Below, piece by piece: positions 24,901-33,120 of a stretch of DNA of 37,591 bases. The stretch lies in the IMG/VR virus record IMGVR_UViG_3300028241_000164. One strand, given 5' to 3'. The stretch comes from a virus. The notes beneath the pieces were generated by a model, which did no database searches, was not told the origin of the DNA, and worked only from the letters and a program-made list of their open reading frames with translations. A program made the translations under genes and the position numbers. The first letter of the stretch is position 1; each line of letters starts with the position of its first letter.

Positions 24901-27325
24901 AGCCCACAATCTTGCTAATGATAAAATAAGTTATAAGGTAGAGCATAATGCCGATGCTATTGTCAAGGGCGACAAGATGTACGGGGACTTGTCGCGCGAA
25001 AACGCATACCGCAGGGGACGGTCGCTGCTTAATTCAGGCAAACTTCCGTCGCCGGCACAGGCGGTATTCCTTCAACGTGTCCTTCAACAGTTGGCTGACG
25101 AAGTGGCTACCAACCCGTCGGGTACGAACCGTGTTGACTTTATGGAGTTTGCCACAGATTTAATGGCTCTCTCGACGAAGGCGGGGCAGTATGCACAGGC
25201 GCAGTCAATACTTAAAAAACTCACCAATGCCGGACGCGCTATGGTGTACATGAAGTTCGTCGAGAACATCAACAATGATTCTATATACCAAAACAAAATA
25301 TCTAAAGGCAAGATGGCGGAAGTCACTATCGACCAAGCGTTGATTGATAAACTGCTTGCTGCGAAAGGCGAGGATATTGTCAAGGTCGAAGATGAAATCG
25401 CGCAGCATATCGCAGACCAAGTTCCGGCAACCTTTATGGAAAAACTCAATGCGTTCAGATACCTTTGTATGTTGGGCAGCCTGAAAACGCAGGGCGGGAA
25501 CATCTTCGGCAACGTATCAATGCTTGGAATGGTCGTTGCGAAGAATACTATCCAAAAAACCATACAGGATATTGCCGTCAAGACGTCCAGCCATAAGACG
25601 ATGACGTGGAAGTTCAGCAAGGAGTTGTTCTCTTTTGCAATCAACGACTTCCGCACCCACAAGAAGGCTGCAATGGGCGAATCGAAATACAACGATGTCA
25701 ACCCGATGTTCGATATTTTGAGCAAGCGTCAAATTATGTGGAAGCCTATTGATAAACTCTATAAAGGCGTTCAGCACGGTATGGAATACTTCGACGAACG
25801 CTTTGCGGAACTTCATTATTCCACCACGCTCGAAAGTTATCTTGGTTCCCACAAGTTGACACCGCAGATGATAAATGACGCGGCGGCCAATATGGAGCGC
25901 TATGATGCCGATACCCCAGAGGGAAAAAAGGCCCGTGAGATAATGCAAACGCTCAATGCGGGCCGTAGTTTCGCCATCAAACAAGCGCAGAAGGCTACCT
26001 TCCGCAATGAAAGTAGGGCGGCGAATTGGCTTGCGGTAGGCTCCCGTATCCGTGGCGTGAATGTCGTCATCAATGGCTTGATTCCGTTCCGCAAGACTCC
26101 TATCAATATTATTGCGCGAGGCGTGGAATACAGCCCCGTGGGGTTGCTTTACAATGCCGCAAGGGTGATGACCGGAAGTGTGCAACGCGGAAGTATGGAC
26201 TTCACGGAAGCGCTTGACCGCACTTGCTCGGGACTGTCCGGCAGCGCGATTGCGATGTTCGGCGCCTATATGATGGCCAAGGGGCTTATAAAGTTAGGTG
26301 ATGACGACGAACTCAAAAATGTAGCCAAAGCCAAAAAGCAAATGGGCGAACAGAAATATACCGTAATGATAAAAGGTAAAGACGGCGAGTATGTGCGCGT
26401 CGATATGGGATGGCTCTCCCCTGTCTGTATGCCGTTCTTCTTGGGCGCAGAACTCTATCGCGGAATTACAAGTGAGGGAAATATATCAGCCTCCGAAATA
26501 ATGGAAGCGATTACCAACATACCGCAGCCCGTCTTTGACCTTTCCCTGCTGCAAGGTATCAACAAGGCCCTTGGAGATATTCGATACGAGGACGAAGATA
26601 AGGAGTTGCAGACTGTCCTGCTTGGAGCCGCCACCAACCTTGTCAATCAGTTTGTGCCTACGATTCTCGGACAGATTGCAAGAACCTTTGATGGAACCCA
26701 AAGAACCGTCTATACAACCAAAGACGGGTGGAAGGGCAAGTGGCTTACCGAGAATATGCAGCGGCAGATTCAGGAAATCCAAATGAAGATTCCGGGATTG
26801 TCGAAGTGGATGGAGCCTAACCTTGATATATGGGGAAGGACGCAAGAAACCGACGGCTACCTATACCGTGGATTCCAAAATCTTGTGTCACCGGCCAACA
26901 TCTACATACCAAAGGATGACAAAGTGACGCAGACGCTTATCGACTTGACGACAAAGGTGCGTGGCGTGGCAAATGAATACCCGATGCCGCAGCAAGTGTC
27001 GCAGGACACGATGGACAAGTACCATCTCACCCCCGAAGAAATGACCAAACTGAAAAAGGCCGTAGGTCAAGCGCAGTATAAGGCCGCAAAAGATTTCATT
27101 GACAACGGCGTGAAGATAGGGTATGATAAGAAGAACCCCCGAAACAAATCGGGACGCGGTAACGCACACGGCAACGTAACGATGGGTACATTCAGGAATA
27201 ATTCCAATGGGTTATACACAGACGATGAACTTCGTGCAAAGGCCGCAAAGTCGGTTATGGAAAAGGCTTACAAGCAAGCCTTTGATGATATGCTTGCTTC
27301 TATTCAGGCAACAAAGAAAAGGTAA
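21917..27325 (+). CDS. giant multidomain virion protein (1802 aa; ejection / polyvalent-type)
   Basis: Last gene of the late operon. It has Gly-rich and small-residue hydrophobic segments, a long acidic coiled coil, a low-complexity PTAETATGEATAEAP region, and a large C-terminal part with hydrophobic helices. Confidence 0.5.
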   Translation: MAVKKKKPISHYAGVMAQQGAQPKSTATREQINRMADTITALNRKNGVTAAPVQTTVTPAPAKHQYTKTGGFSGGPSGSGGGGWGDSTPIFSYSMDRRKLPNGEIDTTGMSNAEIKIEGIYRDFLTWAEKIYAKAVVKKNKEFNQYREWMGVEPNTYTVDVVKDVMTSKNYQEIVADRNQWKQKAQNIMEKQAANSKAYSAALSIGSGLEAGTKNAIAGMTRTYGVDTEVYGINTVQDYGVMEAANAVASADDTVFQKVSGTVLNAVGNMIPSIVAGYLTGSNALGSAIMGLQTAEGTYNRARIEGKSHDEAKSYGILVGASEAAFQYILGGIPGVSSGLVSKITSKPLQFILKYTDDVLKLSAKNPAWQAVVKAMGKATGRMAGEALEEGLQEYIDAALRYTFFDESPEGGIFGVGVKGMGLFGRAGYSAFIGALTAGLLGGTQVINDYTSEKVDATVKRDTVSDAEFEAQTAKENAESATESEDDVQDVAEDAVIDNAEQIVDRITLEGTEKLIQKWEQGTYEGVDLENAQQKLEGLYQQRAELQQKLQEGKRVKGKLAAVEGRITDAQAMLEAMNQYPARVVADLKQKIAELESKAAENPDVSENPDAIETANEELAKYQKIQKLLKRRISLNKKIKVAEDIAKAKADLEAGNITEAEYANIMRTANNVDVAKARAEIEKITNAIYEALNGSKSDFAPQSEITPPTAETATGEATAEAPVQNEAVQETAAKEVVPETVEEVPAKTAKTPAEPITTEQEGEIIRIAKKHFGVTVEFVDSLDGNRGSVTGLRVKLARDANNGYDAFLYTLGCEVTHTLEGTKQYEKLKGLLRTMRGSKEFARDVNLRMDAQPDMTQAQAEAEIVTQIAGEKLFNPDTISRMENKGLITKILNILRNLKEKMRKGAYEQQITRVIEAYQKALRKQSPTKTTLYESGLDELNRRANEPGTVIKKKGVDAVRDVSVPEFTKTGRRVPNLARTMVEAGSLTDESVDEIAHNLANDKISYKVEHNADAIVKGDKMYGDLSRENAYRRGRSLLNSGKLPSPAQAVFLQRVLQQLADEVATNPSGTNRVDFMEFATDLMALSTKAGQYAQAQSILKKLTNAGRAMVYMKFVENINNDSIYQNKISKGKMAEVTIDQALIDKLLAAKGEDIVKVEDEIAQHIADQVPATFMEKLNAFRYLCMLGSLKTQGGNIFGNVSMLGMVVAKNTIQKTIQDIAVKTSSHKTMTWKFSKELFSFAINDFRTHKKAAMGESKYNDVNPMFDILSKRQIMWKPIDKLYKGVQHGMEYFDERFAELHYSTTLESYLGSHKLTPQMINDAAANMERYDADTPEGKKAREIMQTLNAGRSFAIKQAQKATFRNESRAANWLAVGSRIRGVNVVINGLIPFRKTPINIIARGVEYSPVGLLYNAARVMTGSVQRGSMDFTEALDRTCSGLSGSAIAMFGAYMMAKGLIKLGDDDELKNVAKAKKQMGEQKYTVMIKGKDGEYVRVDMGWLSPVCMPFFLGAELYRGITSEGNISASEIMEAITNIPQPVFDLSLLQGINKALGDIRYEDEDKELQTVLLGAATNLVNQFVPTILGQIARTFDGTQRTVYTTKDGWKGKWLTENMQRQIQEIQMKIPGLSKWMEPNLDIWGRTQETDGYLYRGFQNLVSPANIYIPKDDKVTQTLIDLTTKVRGVANEYPMPQQVSQDTMDKYHLTPEEMTKLKKAVGQAQYKAAKDFIDNGVKIGYDKKNPRNKSGRGNAHGNVTMGTFRNNSNGLYTDDELRAKAAKSVMEKAYKQAFDDMLASIQATKKR

Positions 27326-27346
27326 TTGTGCAACTTGCATAGAAAA

Positions 27347-27378
27347 GCCGAGGATTGTGGAATATCCTCGGCTTTTTT
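27347..27378 (+). terminator. rho-independent terminator of the late operon
   Basis: GCCGAGGAT (27347..27355) pairs with ATCCTCGGC (27364..27372), followed by TTTTTT (27373..27378). Confidence 0.9.
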
Positions 27379-27383
27379 AATAA

Positions 27384-27412
27384 TTGATTTGTCCGTTTCA
27401 AAAGCGTATTAT
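27384..27412 (+). promoter_or_regulatory. early rightward promoter (TTGATT-17-TATTAT)
   Basis: TTGATT at 27384..27389, 17-nt spacer, TATTAT at 27407..27412, directly after the terminator. Confidence 0.6.
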
Positions 27413-27437
27413 TTCTTCGAGAGGGGAGGTGAAGGCA

Positions 27438-27572
27438 TTGAAGGAAATTACAAACTACGAGTGCGAGATTTGCGGAATGAACTACCAAACATCGGAGGAA
27501 GCGCAGAAATGCGAGGACAGTCATCCCAAGATTGAGAAAGGGGTACAAATCCATTACAGGGAGTGCGGCTGA
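27438..27572 (+). CDS. C2H2-like zinc-finger mini-protein (44 aa)
   Basis: TTG 27438 lies 5 nt after GGAGGTGA. The segment YECEICGMNYQTSEEAQKCEDSH shows CxxC...CxxxH spacing. Confidence 0.5.
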   Translation: MKEITNYECEICGMNYQTSEEAQKCEDSHPKIEKGVQIHYRECG

Positions 27573-27679
27573 TGAAAAAGAAGAAGGTTAAGGACGTGGA
27601 CACGCTGCCTGAAAAGGGGTGGGTGAAAGACAATCCTGATTTCATCGGAACGCATGAAGAAAGGAGGCTCGAACATTGA
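27572..27679 (+). CDS. hypothetical mini-protein (35 aa)
   Basis: The ATG overlaps the upstream stop (TGATG), and its own stop overlaps the next start. Lys-rich N-terminus. Confidence 0.4.
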   Translation: MKKKKVKDVDTLPEKGWVKDNPDFIGTHEERRLEH

Positions 27680-27819
27680 CCTGCTACAACTGCGACAATA
27701 AAATTAAAGAAGGGGATTTCTACGCCGTATTCAAGAACCCCGATACCGAGGTTGAGATTGTCATTTGCGAGGACTGCAAGGAGAACGCATATTATTTTCA
27801 GAAAGAAGGGGATGAATAA
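27676..27819 (+). CDS. zinc-ribbon mini-protein (47 aa)
   Basis: TTG start 8 nt after AGGAGG. CYNC...CEDC gives a CxxC-N27-CxxC arrangement. The stop overlaps the Rad52-like start. Confidence 0.5.
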   Translation: MTCYNCDNKIKEGDFYAVFKNPDTEVEIVICEDCKENAYYFQKEGDE

Positions 27820-28349
27820 TGGACATAAGAACATTGCGCGCTGACGAAATCGACTGCCGTGTTCAGAGCGTTAAGCGGGGGAAGAATGACGTGGGAGCGG
27901 TGCTGCTGCTATACAAGGATGCCCGCGCCGATATGAAGATTCTTGATGAAACCTTCGGAATCTTCGGCTGGACAAGAGAGCATATCGAAATAGGTGGCAA
28001 TATGTTTTGCACCATCAAGGTCAGAAACCCGGATACCGGCGAATGGATTGCCAAGCAGGATGTCGGCACCGAGAGCAACGAGGAAAAGCAAAAAGGCGAA
28101 GCATCCGATTCATTCAAGCGGGCAGCCACCAACATCGGAATCGGAAGGGAACTCTACACTTCTCCGTTCATTTGGGTAATCCTTGACAAGGGAGAATACT
28201 ATGAGAAGGACGGCAAGTTGAGGGCATCGCCTTCCTTGAAGTTCATCGTGTCGGAGATTTCCTATTCCAAAGACCGGGTGATTGACAAGTTGATGCTGAA
28301 AGACGGCAAGGGACAGGCAAGGTTTACATTCTACAATAAGGAGAAATGA
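27819..28349 (+). CDS. Rad52/Sak-type single-strand annealing protein
   Basis: LLLYKDARADMKILDETFG..GW, DVGTES...KGEASDSFKRAATNIGIGRELY. Confidence 0.85.
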   Translation: MDIRTLRADEIDCRVQSVKRGKNDVGAVLLLYKDARADMKILDETFGIFGWTREHIEIGGNMFCTIKVRNPDTGEWIAKQDVGTESNEEKQKGEASDSFKRAATNIGIGRELYTSPFIWVILDKGEYYEKDGKLRASPSLKFIVSEISYSKDRVIDKLMLKDGKGQARFTFYNKEK

Positions 28350-28351
28350 CA

Positions 28352-28759
28352 ATGCAATTCGTAATCGGAAAAAACGCAGAGGGCGAAACTCTCATTGGCC
28401 TTGTGGGGTATGTCGGCTCCGAACCTGAAAGACGGACGACTGACAATGGTACAAGCATCCTGAACTTCGGTATGGTGATTGACTACCGCAAGGGTGCTGA
28501 CGGCACAGGCAAATCCGTTTGGGCCAATGTGGTGGCCTTCAATCAGGTCGGCAATAAGCGTGTCGAAAAGGGCGACGATGTGTTCGTCACCGGCAGGGTT
28601 CAGGAGTACACCTATTCCGACAGGGATGGCGTGGAGCAGAAGAAAAAAAAAGTGGTGGCTGATGCCATTATCGTTTCCGCCAATGCGCCCGTCAGTTTTG
28701 CTCCCGCAGCAAGCAAGTACGATATTCCGGCGGCCGAGGAAGAAGACTTACCGTTTTGA
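28352..28759 (+). CDS. ssb: single-stranded DNA-binding protein
   Basis: OB-fold pattern and acidic C-terminal tip EEEDLPF. Start set to ATG 28352 (8 nt after AAGGAG). Confidence 0.85.
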   Translation: MQFVIGKNAEGETLIGLVGYVGSEPERRTTDNGTSILNFGMVIDYRKGADGTGKSVWANVVAFNQVGNKRVEKGDDVFVTGRVQEYTYSDRDGVEQKKKKVVADAIIVSANAPVSFAPAASKYDIPAAEEEDLPF

Positions 28760-28770
28760 GGAGTGATAAA

Positions 28771-29325
28771 ATGAGCATCTTTGATACCATTCTCGATGAA
28801 GAACTTGAAGGCGAAATCTCCGCTGATATTCAGCAAGAGGCCGGCGAGTTCAAAGTGATGAATGACTACGACGCCAATCAGGCGGTCAAAAAAGTTAAAC
28901 TTCTCCGCAAAAATGTTGACCGGTACGAATCGGTCATCAAGCAGGAGATTGAGAATCTCAAACTGAAAGCGGCGGTGTACCGCGCACAGGCTGAAAAGAC
29001 GGTCGAGTTCTACGAGAACTGTCTGAAAATATACACGATGTCCGCTGACTGCGAAACAACCAAGACCGGCAACAGGGTTTATCGGCTCCCGGACGGGAAG
29101 TTGTGTATCAAGAAACAGGAGCCGGAGTTTGTGCGCGATGATGCTGCGTTGACCGAGTGGCTCAAAGCACACGGAGGGAAGTTCATCAAGACCACAGCAT
29201 CCCCGGAATGGGGAGAGTTCAAGAAGGTTTGCAAAACGCAGGGCGAGGTTCTTGTGGACGAGAACGGAGAGATTGTCGATGGGGTGAAAGTCATCCCAAG
29301 AGAAGAAAGGTTCGTGATTGAATGA
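28771..29325 (+). CDS. Gam-like / Gp157-like host-nuclease inhibitor family protein
   Basis: FKVMNDYDANQAVKKVKLL, a coiled coil, then YRLPDGKL..KKQEPEF.V.D...L.EWLK. Position after ssb. Start at ATG 28771 with an RBS. Confidence 0.55.
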   Translation: MSIFDTILDEELEGEISADIQQEAGEFKVMNDYDANQAVKKVKLLRKNVDRYESVIKQEIENLKLKAAVYRAQAEKTVEFYENCLKIYTMSADCETTKTGNRVYRLPDGKLCIKKQEPEFVRDDAALTEWLKAHGGKFIKTTASPEWGEFKKVCKTQGEVLVDENGEIVDGVKVIPREERFVIE

Positions 29326-29966
29326 TTGCAAAGATATTGGCGGCGGGCGGCGGCGTTATTACTATCAGCGTTACCGAGGCGTACATCAACGAATTGGTGG
29401 AGGGAAATGTAAAACACCTTGAACTTTCTCCGTCAGACGGAGCCTTTATAACTGCCCCGCAGCGCCGCCATATCTTCGCAACCCTCCATGACATTGCCGA
29501 TTGGTCGGGTGAGGATAAGGATACCATTCGTCAAAATATGCGGGATGATTTTTGCGATAAAACCGAGCGCCCGACATTCTCTCTTTCCAATACCGACAAG
29601 GAAACGGCCCGTGCCTTCCTGACCTATCTGATTGACTTCTGTATCGTATGGGGCGTACCCACAAAACAGGTGCTATATGACCGCACAGAGGACATTGACG
29701 CATACCTGTATGCTTGCCTTATCAATAAGAAATGCACCTTGTGCGGCAGGGACGGTGCGCAGTTGCATCATTACGACGCAATCGGTATGGGGCGGAACCG
29801 GACGGAGATATGCCATATCGGGATGACGGGAATCTCCCTTTGCCCAGAGCATCATTCGGTTGTGGAACAGCAGGGGAAGTCCTATCTAACAGACAGGAAA
29901 CTCTACGGAATCAAGATAGATGACAAGATTGTCAAGACTTATAGATTGAGAGGTGATAATAAATGA
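29322..29966 (+). CDS. HNHc_6-type putative HNH nuclease
   Basis: ITAPQRRHIFATLHDIADWSG...FSLS...A..FL.YLIDF, then C.LCGRDGAQLHHYDAIGMGRNR...LCPEHH. Confidence 0.65.
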   Translation: MIAKILAAGGGVITISVTEAYINELVEGNVKHLELSPSDGAFITAPQRRHIFATLHDIADWSGEDKDTIRQNMRDDFCDKTERPTFSLSNTDKETARAFLTYLIDFCIVWGVPTKQVLYDRTEDIDAYLYACLINKKCTLCGRDGAQLHHYDAIGMGRNRTEICHIGMTGISLCPEHHSVVEQQGKSYLTDRKLYGIKIDDKIVKTYRLRGDNK

Positions 29967-30211
29967 CGGAAGTGGAGCGCGTTCACAGCGCCCGCGAGAT
30001 GCTTAACCGAATCAAGGATGCAAGGGACTATGCAAAAGAGGGATTCGTGCTGATTCAGGGGATGAACAAGGCCGACACGACGGGGAAATGGTTGGTCGAA
30101 GTGGCGGTATCCCGGCTTGAAGAAGCGTTTGAAACGGCTGACGATTTTTATAGGGAAACCCTGAAAGATGTCGAAAATATTCGCAAGCGCAGAAAGGGGA
30201 AGTTATTTTGA
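29963..30211 (+). CDS. hypothetical protein (82 aa)
   Basis: RBS AGAGGTGA. ATGA overlap with the upstream gene. Confidence 0.6.
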   Translation: MTEVERVHSAREMLNRIKDARDYAKEGFVLIQGMNKADTTGKWLVEVAVSRLEEAFETADDFYRETLKDVENIRKRRKGKLF

Positions 30212-30606
30212 AAAACAGATTCAAGCCGGAGGACTGTATCTCAACGGGAGAAACCTATGCCGCTTCGCGCCCGGAGATTATTGCGGCAACAGGATACTGC
30301 GATTCCTATGTCAGGCAACATATCGGCAAGCAAAGGGAAACAGAGGTCATTCTCAACCTATGGAACGGACGCGGATACTTCAAGCCGACCGATGCCGACG
30401 AGGAAGCCGTACTGAAATACTTCCTTCGCGAACACGCCGCAGCAGTCACAAGGATTGCGCGTACAAAGACGGCCCGGAAATGGCTTGAACTTCATTCCAA
30501 CTATTCCTTTGAAGATTACACGCCTGAACTCAAAGTCTATGCGCTGCCGGCCGAGGATAAGATATATATGATGCGCGATGGCAACTTGGTGGAGATGACG
30601 GAATGA
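30208..30606 (+). CDS. hypothetical protein (132 aa)
   Basis: TTG start after AAAGGGGAAG. Coupled to its neighbours. Confidence 0.55.
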   Translation: MKNRFKPEDCISTGETYAASRPEIIAATGYCDSYVRQHIGKQRETEVILNLWNGRGYFKPTDADEEAVLKYFLREHAAAVTRIARTKTARKWLELHSNYSFEDYTPELKVYALPAEDKIYMMRDGNLVEMTE

Positions 30607-30998
30607 GAGTTATCAGGATTAACGCCGAAGCCGTCGGGAAGCAATCTCCCTTATGGGGAAACGGACATTCTTATCTTCCGGCCAAGACCGCTGATTTCCA
30701 AAAACTTGTGGCATGGGAGTACGTCCGGCAGGGCGGTGAGAACTTCGGAAAAAACGCTATCAGCATCGTGCTGCATATCGAAAAGGGATTCCCAAAATCC
30801 TATTCCAAGGCCAAGCGTGACAAGTTGCGTAGCCAAATATGCACCGAGAAACCCGACTGCTCCAACGTATTGAAGGCAATCGAGGACGGGTTGCAGGGCG
30901 TGGCGTTCGACAATGACAAGCAAGTGGTATTCGTGAGTATGAGCAAGCGGTGGACGGACGAATCCTGCATCGTCTTGAAGGTGGAGCCGATACTATGA
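30603..30998 (+). CDS. rusA: RusA-family Holliday junction resolvase
   Basis: KPDCSNVLKAIEDGLQGVAFDNDKQVV is the RusA catalytic-region pattern. Confidence 0.85.
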   Translation: MRVIRINAEAVGKQSPLWGNGHSYLPAKTADFQKLVAWEYVRQGGENFGKNAISIVLHIEKGFPKSYSKAKRDKLRSQICTEKPDCSNVLKAIEDGLQGVAFDNDKQVVFVSMSKRWTDESCIVLKVEPIL

Positions 30999-31120
30999 TT
31001 TGGCTGAACAACATAATTCTATTCGCGTTTTGCAGGCAGACGAACAACCCCGAACAACTCAAACGAACCGCAAAGGAACAGCGGGATTTTTATAAGGCGC
31101 AGATGAGGAAAAAGAAGTGA
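30995..31120 (+). CDS. hypothetical mini-protein (41 aa)
   Basis: The ATG overlaps the rusA stop, and its stop overlaps the next GTG start. It fills the gap exactly. Confidence 0.4.
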   Translation: MIWLNNIILFAFCRQTNNPEQLKRTAKEQRDFYKAQMRKKK

Positions 31121-31758
31121 ACACAGAATATCATAAAATCAAATCACTTTATAGGCGCGATATGGAAGGCACAAAGCGGCTTATTGAAGGCGCGTATGCC
31201 AACGAACTGGTGGAGTATCTCAAAGACAATCAATGGATTTTCACCGAGAAGGTTGACGGAACGAATATCCGCGTCGTTTGGGATGGTCACAAGGTTGAGT
31301 TCTTCGGTAGAACAGATAAGGCGCAGATACCGGCCCATCTTATGACGAAACTGATGTCCCTTTTCTATGGAGAGGAAAACGCACAGGTTTTCGAGCAGTT
31401 ATTTGGAGAGAGAGAGGCCGTGATTTACGGAGAGGGATATGGCCCGAAGATTCAGGCCGGGGGAGAGAAGTATTCTTCCGAAGCACAATTCATCGCATTT
31501 GATGTTAAGGTGAGTGACATTTTCCTTGAACGAGAGGCGGCGGAGGTTATTGCAGAGGCCCTGAATATTCCTATGGTTCCCATCATCCTTATCGGTAGTA
31601 TCGGCGAGGCTGTTTCGTATGTTAAATCAAAACCATTATCACAGGTAGCCGCACAGGAGCGGGAAATGGAAGGGTTGGTCGGCGTACCGGCGCGCAGAAT
31701 CTATGATGTTTTGGGCGGAAGGGTTATCGTTAAAATAAAGGGGTGTGATTTCGATTGA
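31117..31758 (+). CDS. ATP-dependent RNA ligase family protein (Rnl2/DRB0094-like nucleotidyltransferase)
   Basis: Motif I EKVDGTN, III VIYGEGYG, IIIa FIAFDV, IV MEGLVGV, V VIVKIKG. GTG start. Confidence 0.7.
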   Translation: MNTEYHKIKSLYRRDMEGTKRLIEGAYANELVEYLKDNQWIFTEKVDGTNIRVVWDGHKVEFFGRTDKAQIPAHLMTKLMSLFYGEENAQVFEQLFGEREAVIYGEGYGPKIQAGGEKYSSEAQFIAFDVKVSDIFLEREAAEVIAEALNIPMVPIILIGSIGEAVSYVKSKPLSQVAAQEREMEGLVGVPARRIYDVLGGRVIVKIKGCDFD

Positions 31759-32153
31759 TTATCCCCGCAATGAATGGCAAGACGATGCCTAAAAAGGTTG
31801 CCTATTCATCAGATGAACGGAAGCCGCTTGTCATTGCCGTTGACTTCGATGGTACGCTATGCGAGAACGCTTGGCCCGTCATTGGCGCTCCTAAACGTGA
31901 GATGATTCGCCTGATGATTGCTCGGAAGCGTATGGGTGACAAGATTGTTCTTTGGACGTGCCGGGAAGATGAATCGCTTGACTTTGCCGTTCAATGGTGT
32001 GCCTCCCACGGCCTGTACTTCGACGCGGTGAACGCGAATCTTCCGGAGGAACAGGAGAAATGGCAATCGAATCCCCGTAAAATCGGAGCGGACATTTACA
32101 TCGACGACAAGGGGTTAAATCCGCAGAACATTCCTGAATGGTGGTTTGACTGA
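31755..32153 (+). CDS. HAD-superfamily phosphatase (DxDGT type)
   Basis: Motif I VDFDGTL, motif II LWTCR, motifs III/IV RKIGADIYIDDKG. The start (TTG 31755 or ATG 31770) is uncertain. Confidence 0.7.
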   Translation: MIIPAMNGKTMPKKVAYSSDERKPLVIAVDFDGTLCENAWPVIGAPKREMIRLMIARKRMGDKIVLWTCREDESLDFAVQWCASHGLYFDAVNANLPEEQEKWQSNPRKIGADIYIDDKGLNPQNIPEWWFD

Positions 32154-32166
32154 AAAGGAGCAGACA

Positions 32167-32775
32167 ATGTTACAAAGCGGCTTTTACAACATGGATTGCA
32201 TGGACGGTATGGCACAATTTCCCGATAAGTATTTTGAGTTGGCGATTGTTGACCCGCCGTATGGGTTGGAACGTTTTAAGCATGGCGGTTCAGTTATAAA
32301 CAAATATGGCGATGAAAACGGGGAATGGAATAACACAAAGCCCACAAAAGAATATTTCGATGAATTATTTAGAGTATCTCAATGCCAAATAATATGGGGC
32401 GCGAATAATTTTCAGCTTCCACCTACGGAATATTTTGTGATTTGGGATAAGTTGAACCCTGTTGATTTTAGTTTTGCAATGTGCGAAATGGCATGGACGA
32501 ACTGCAGGAAACCGGCAAAAATATATCAATGCAATTCAATGCAATTAGACCGAATTCACCCGACACAAAAGCCCGTTAAACTCTACGAATGGCTACTAAT
32601 GAACTACGCAAAACAAGGCGACAAAATCCTTGACACACACGTTGGTTCTGCATCCTCGCTGATTGCCTGCCACAATATGGGCTTTGAATATTGGGGTTTT
32701 GAATTAGACGAGGACTATTACAAAGCGGCAAGCGAACGGCTCGAAGCAGTAAAGGCACAATTAAAATTATGGTGA
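32167..32775 (+). CDS. DNA N6-adenine-type methyltransferase (MTase 3), paralog of 2890..3564 with a different central region
   Basis: Its N-terminal region (FYNMDCMDGMAQFPDKYFELAIVDPPYG) and its C-terminal region match MTase 2. Start at ATG 32167 after AAGGAG. Confidence 0.9.
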   Translation: MLQSGFYNMDCMDGMAQFPDKYFELAIVDPPYGLERFKHGGSVINKYGDENGEWNNTKPTKEYFDELFRVSQCQIIWGANNFQLPPTEYFVIWDKLNPVDFSFAMCEMAWTNCRKPAKIYQCNSMQLDRIHPTQKPVKLYEWLLMNYAKQGDKILDTHVGSASSLIACHNMGFEYWGFELDEDYYKAASERLEAVKAQLKLW

Positions 32776-32790
32776 AAGGAAACGGACGAA

Positions 32791-33120
32791 ATGATTTGGT
32801 TTTACTGTTCATCTTGCGGAGCGCAGGGGCAGATGAGCGGCGGGAATACGTGTCCGAACTGCTCCGGTGCCATAATCGAAATGGGAAGGTTCCCGGAGCG
32901 TGAAAAGGAAGTCGAGGCAAAGTTTTGCGCTGCCCTTATAGAAGAACTGATGAAACATAAAGTAGAAGTATGGGTTGAAGAAGCCTTTCATAATGGTATA
33001 GAAAATGCCGATAAGGTAACATACAAGGAGGGCTATATCATTAGTGCGCTGATACATAAACTTCAAGACATTGGCCCGCAGTACCTTGCGTTGCTTGAAA
33101 GGGGTGGCAAGAGTGAGTGA
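32791..33120 (+). CDS. hypothetical protein with N-terminal zinc ribbon
   Basis: CSSC-N10-CPNC at the N-terminus. Confidence 0.6.
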   Translation: MIWFYCSSCGAQGQMSGGNTCPNCSGAIIEMGRFPEREKEVEAKFCAALIEELMKHKVEVWVEEAFHNGIENADKVTYKEGYIISALIHKLQDIGPQYLALLERGGKSE

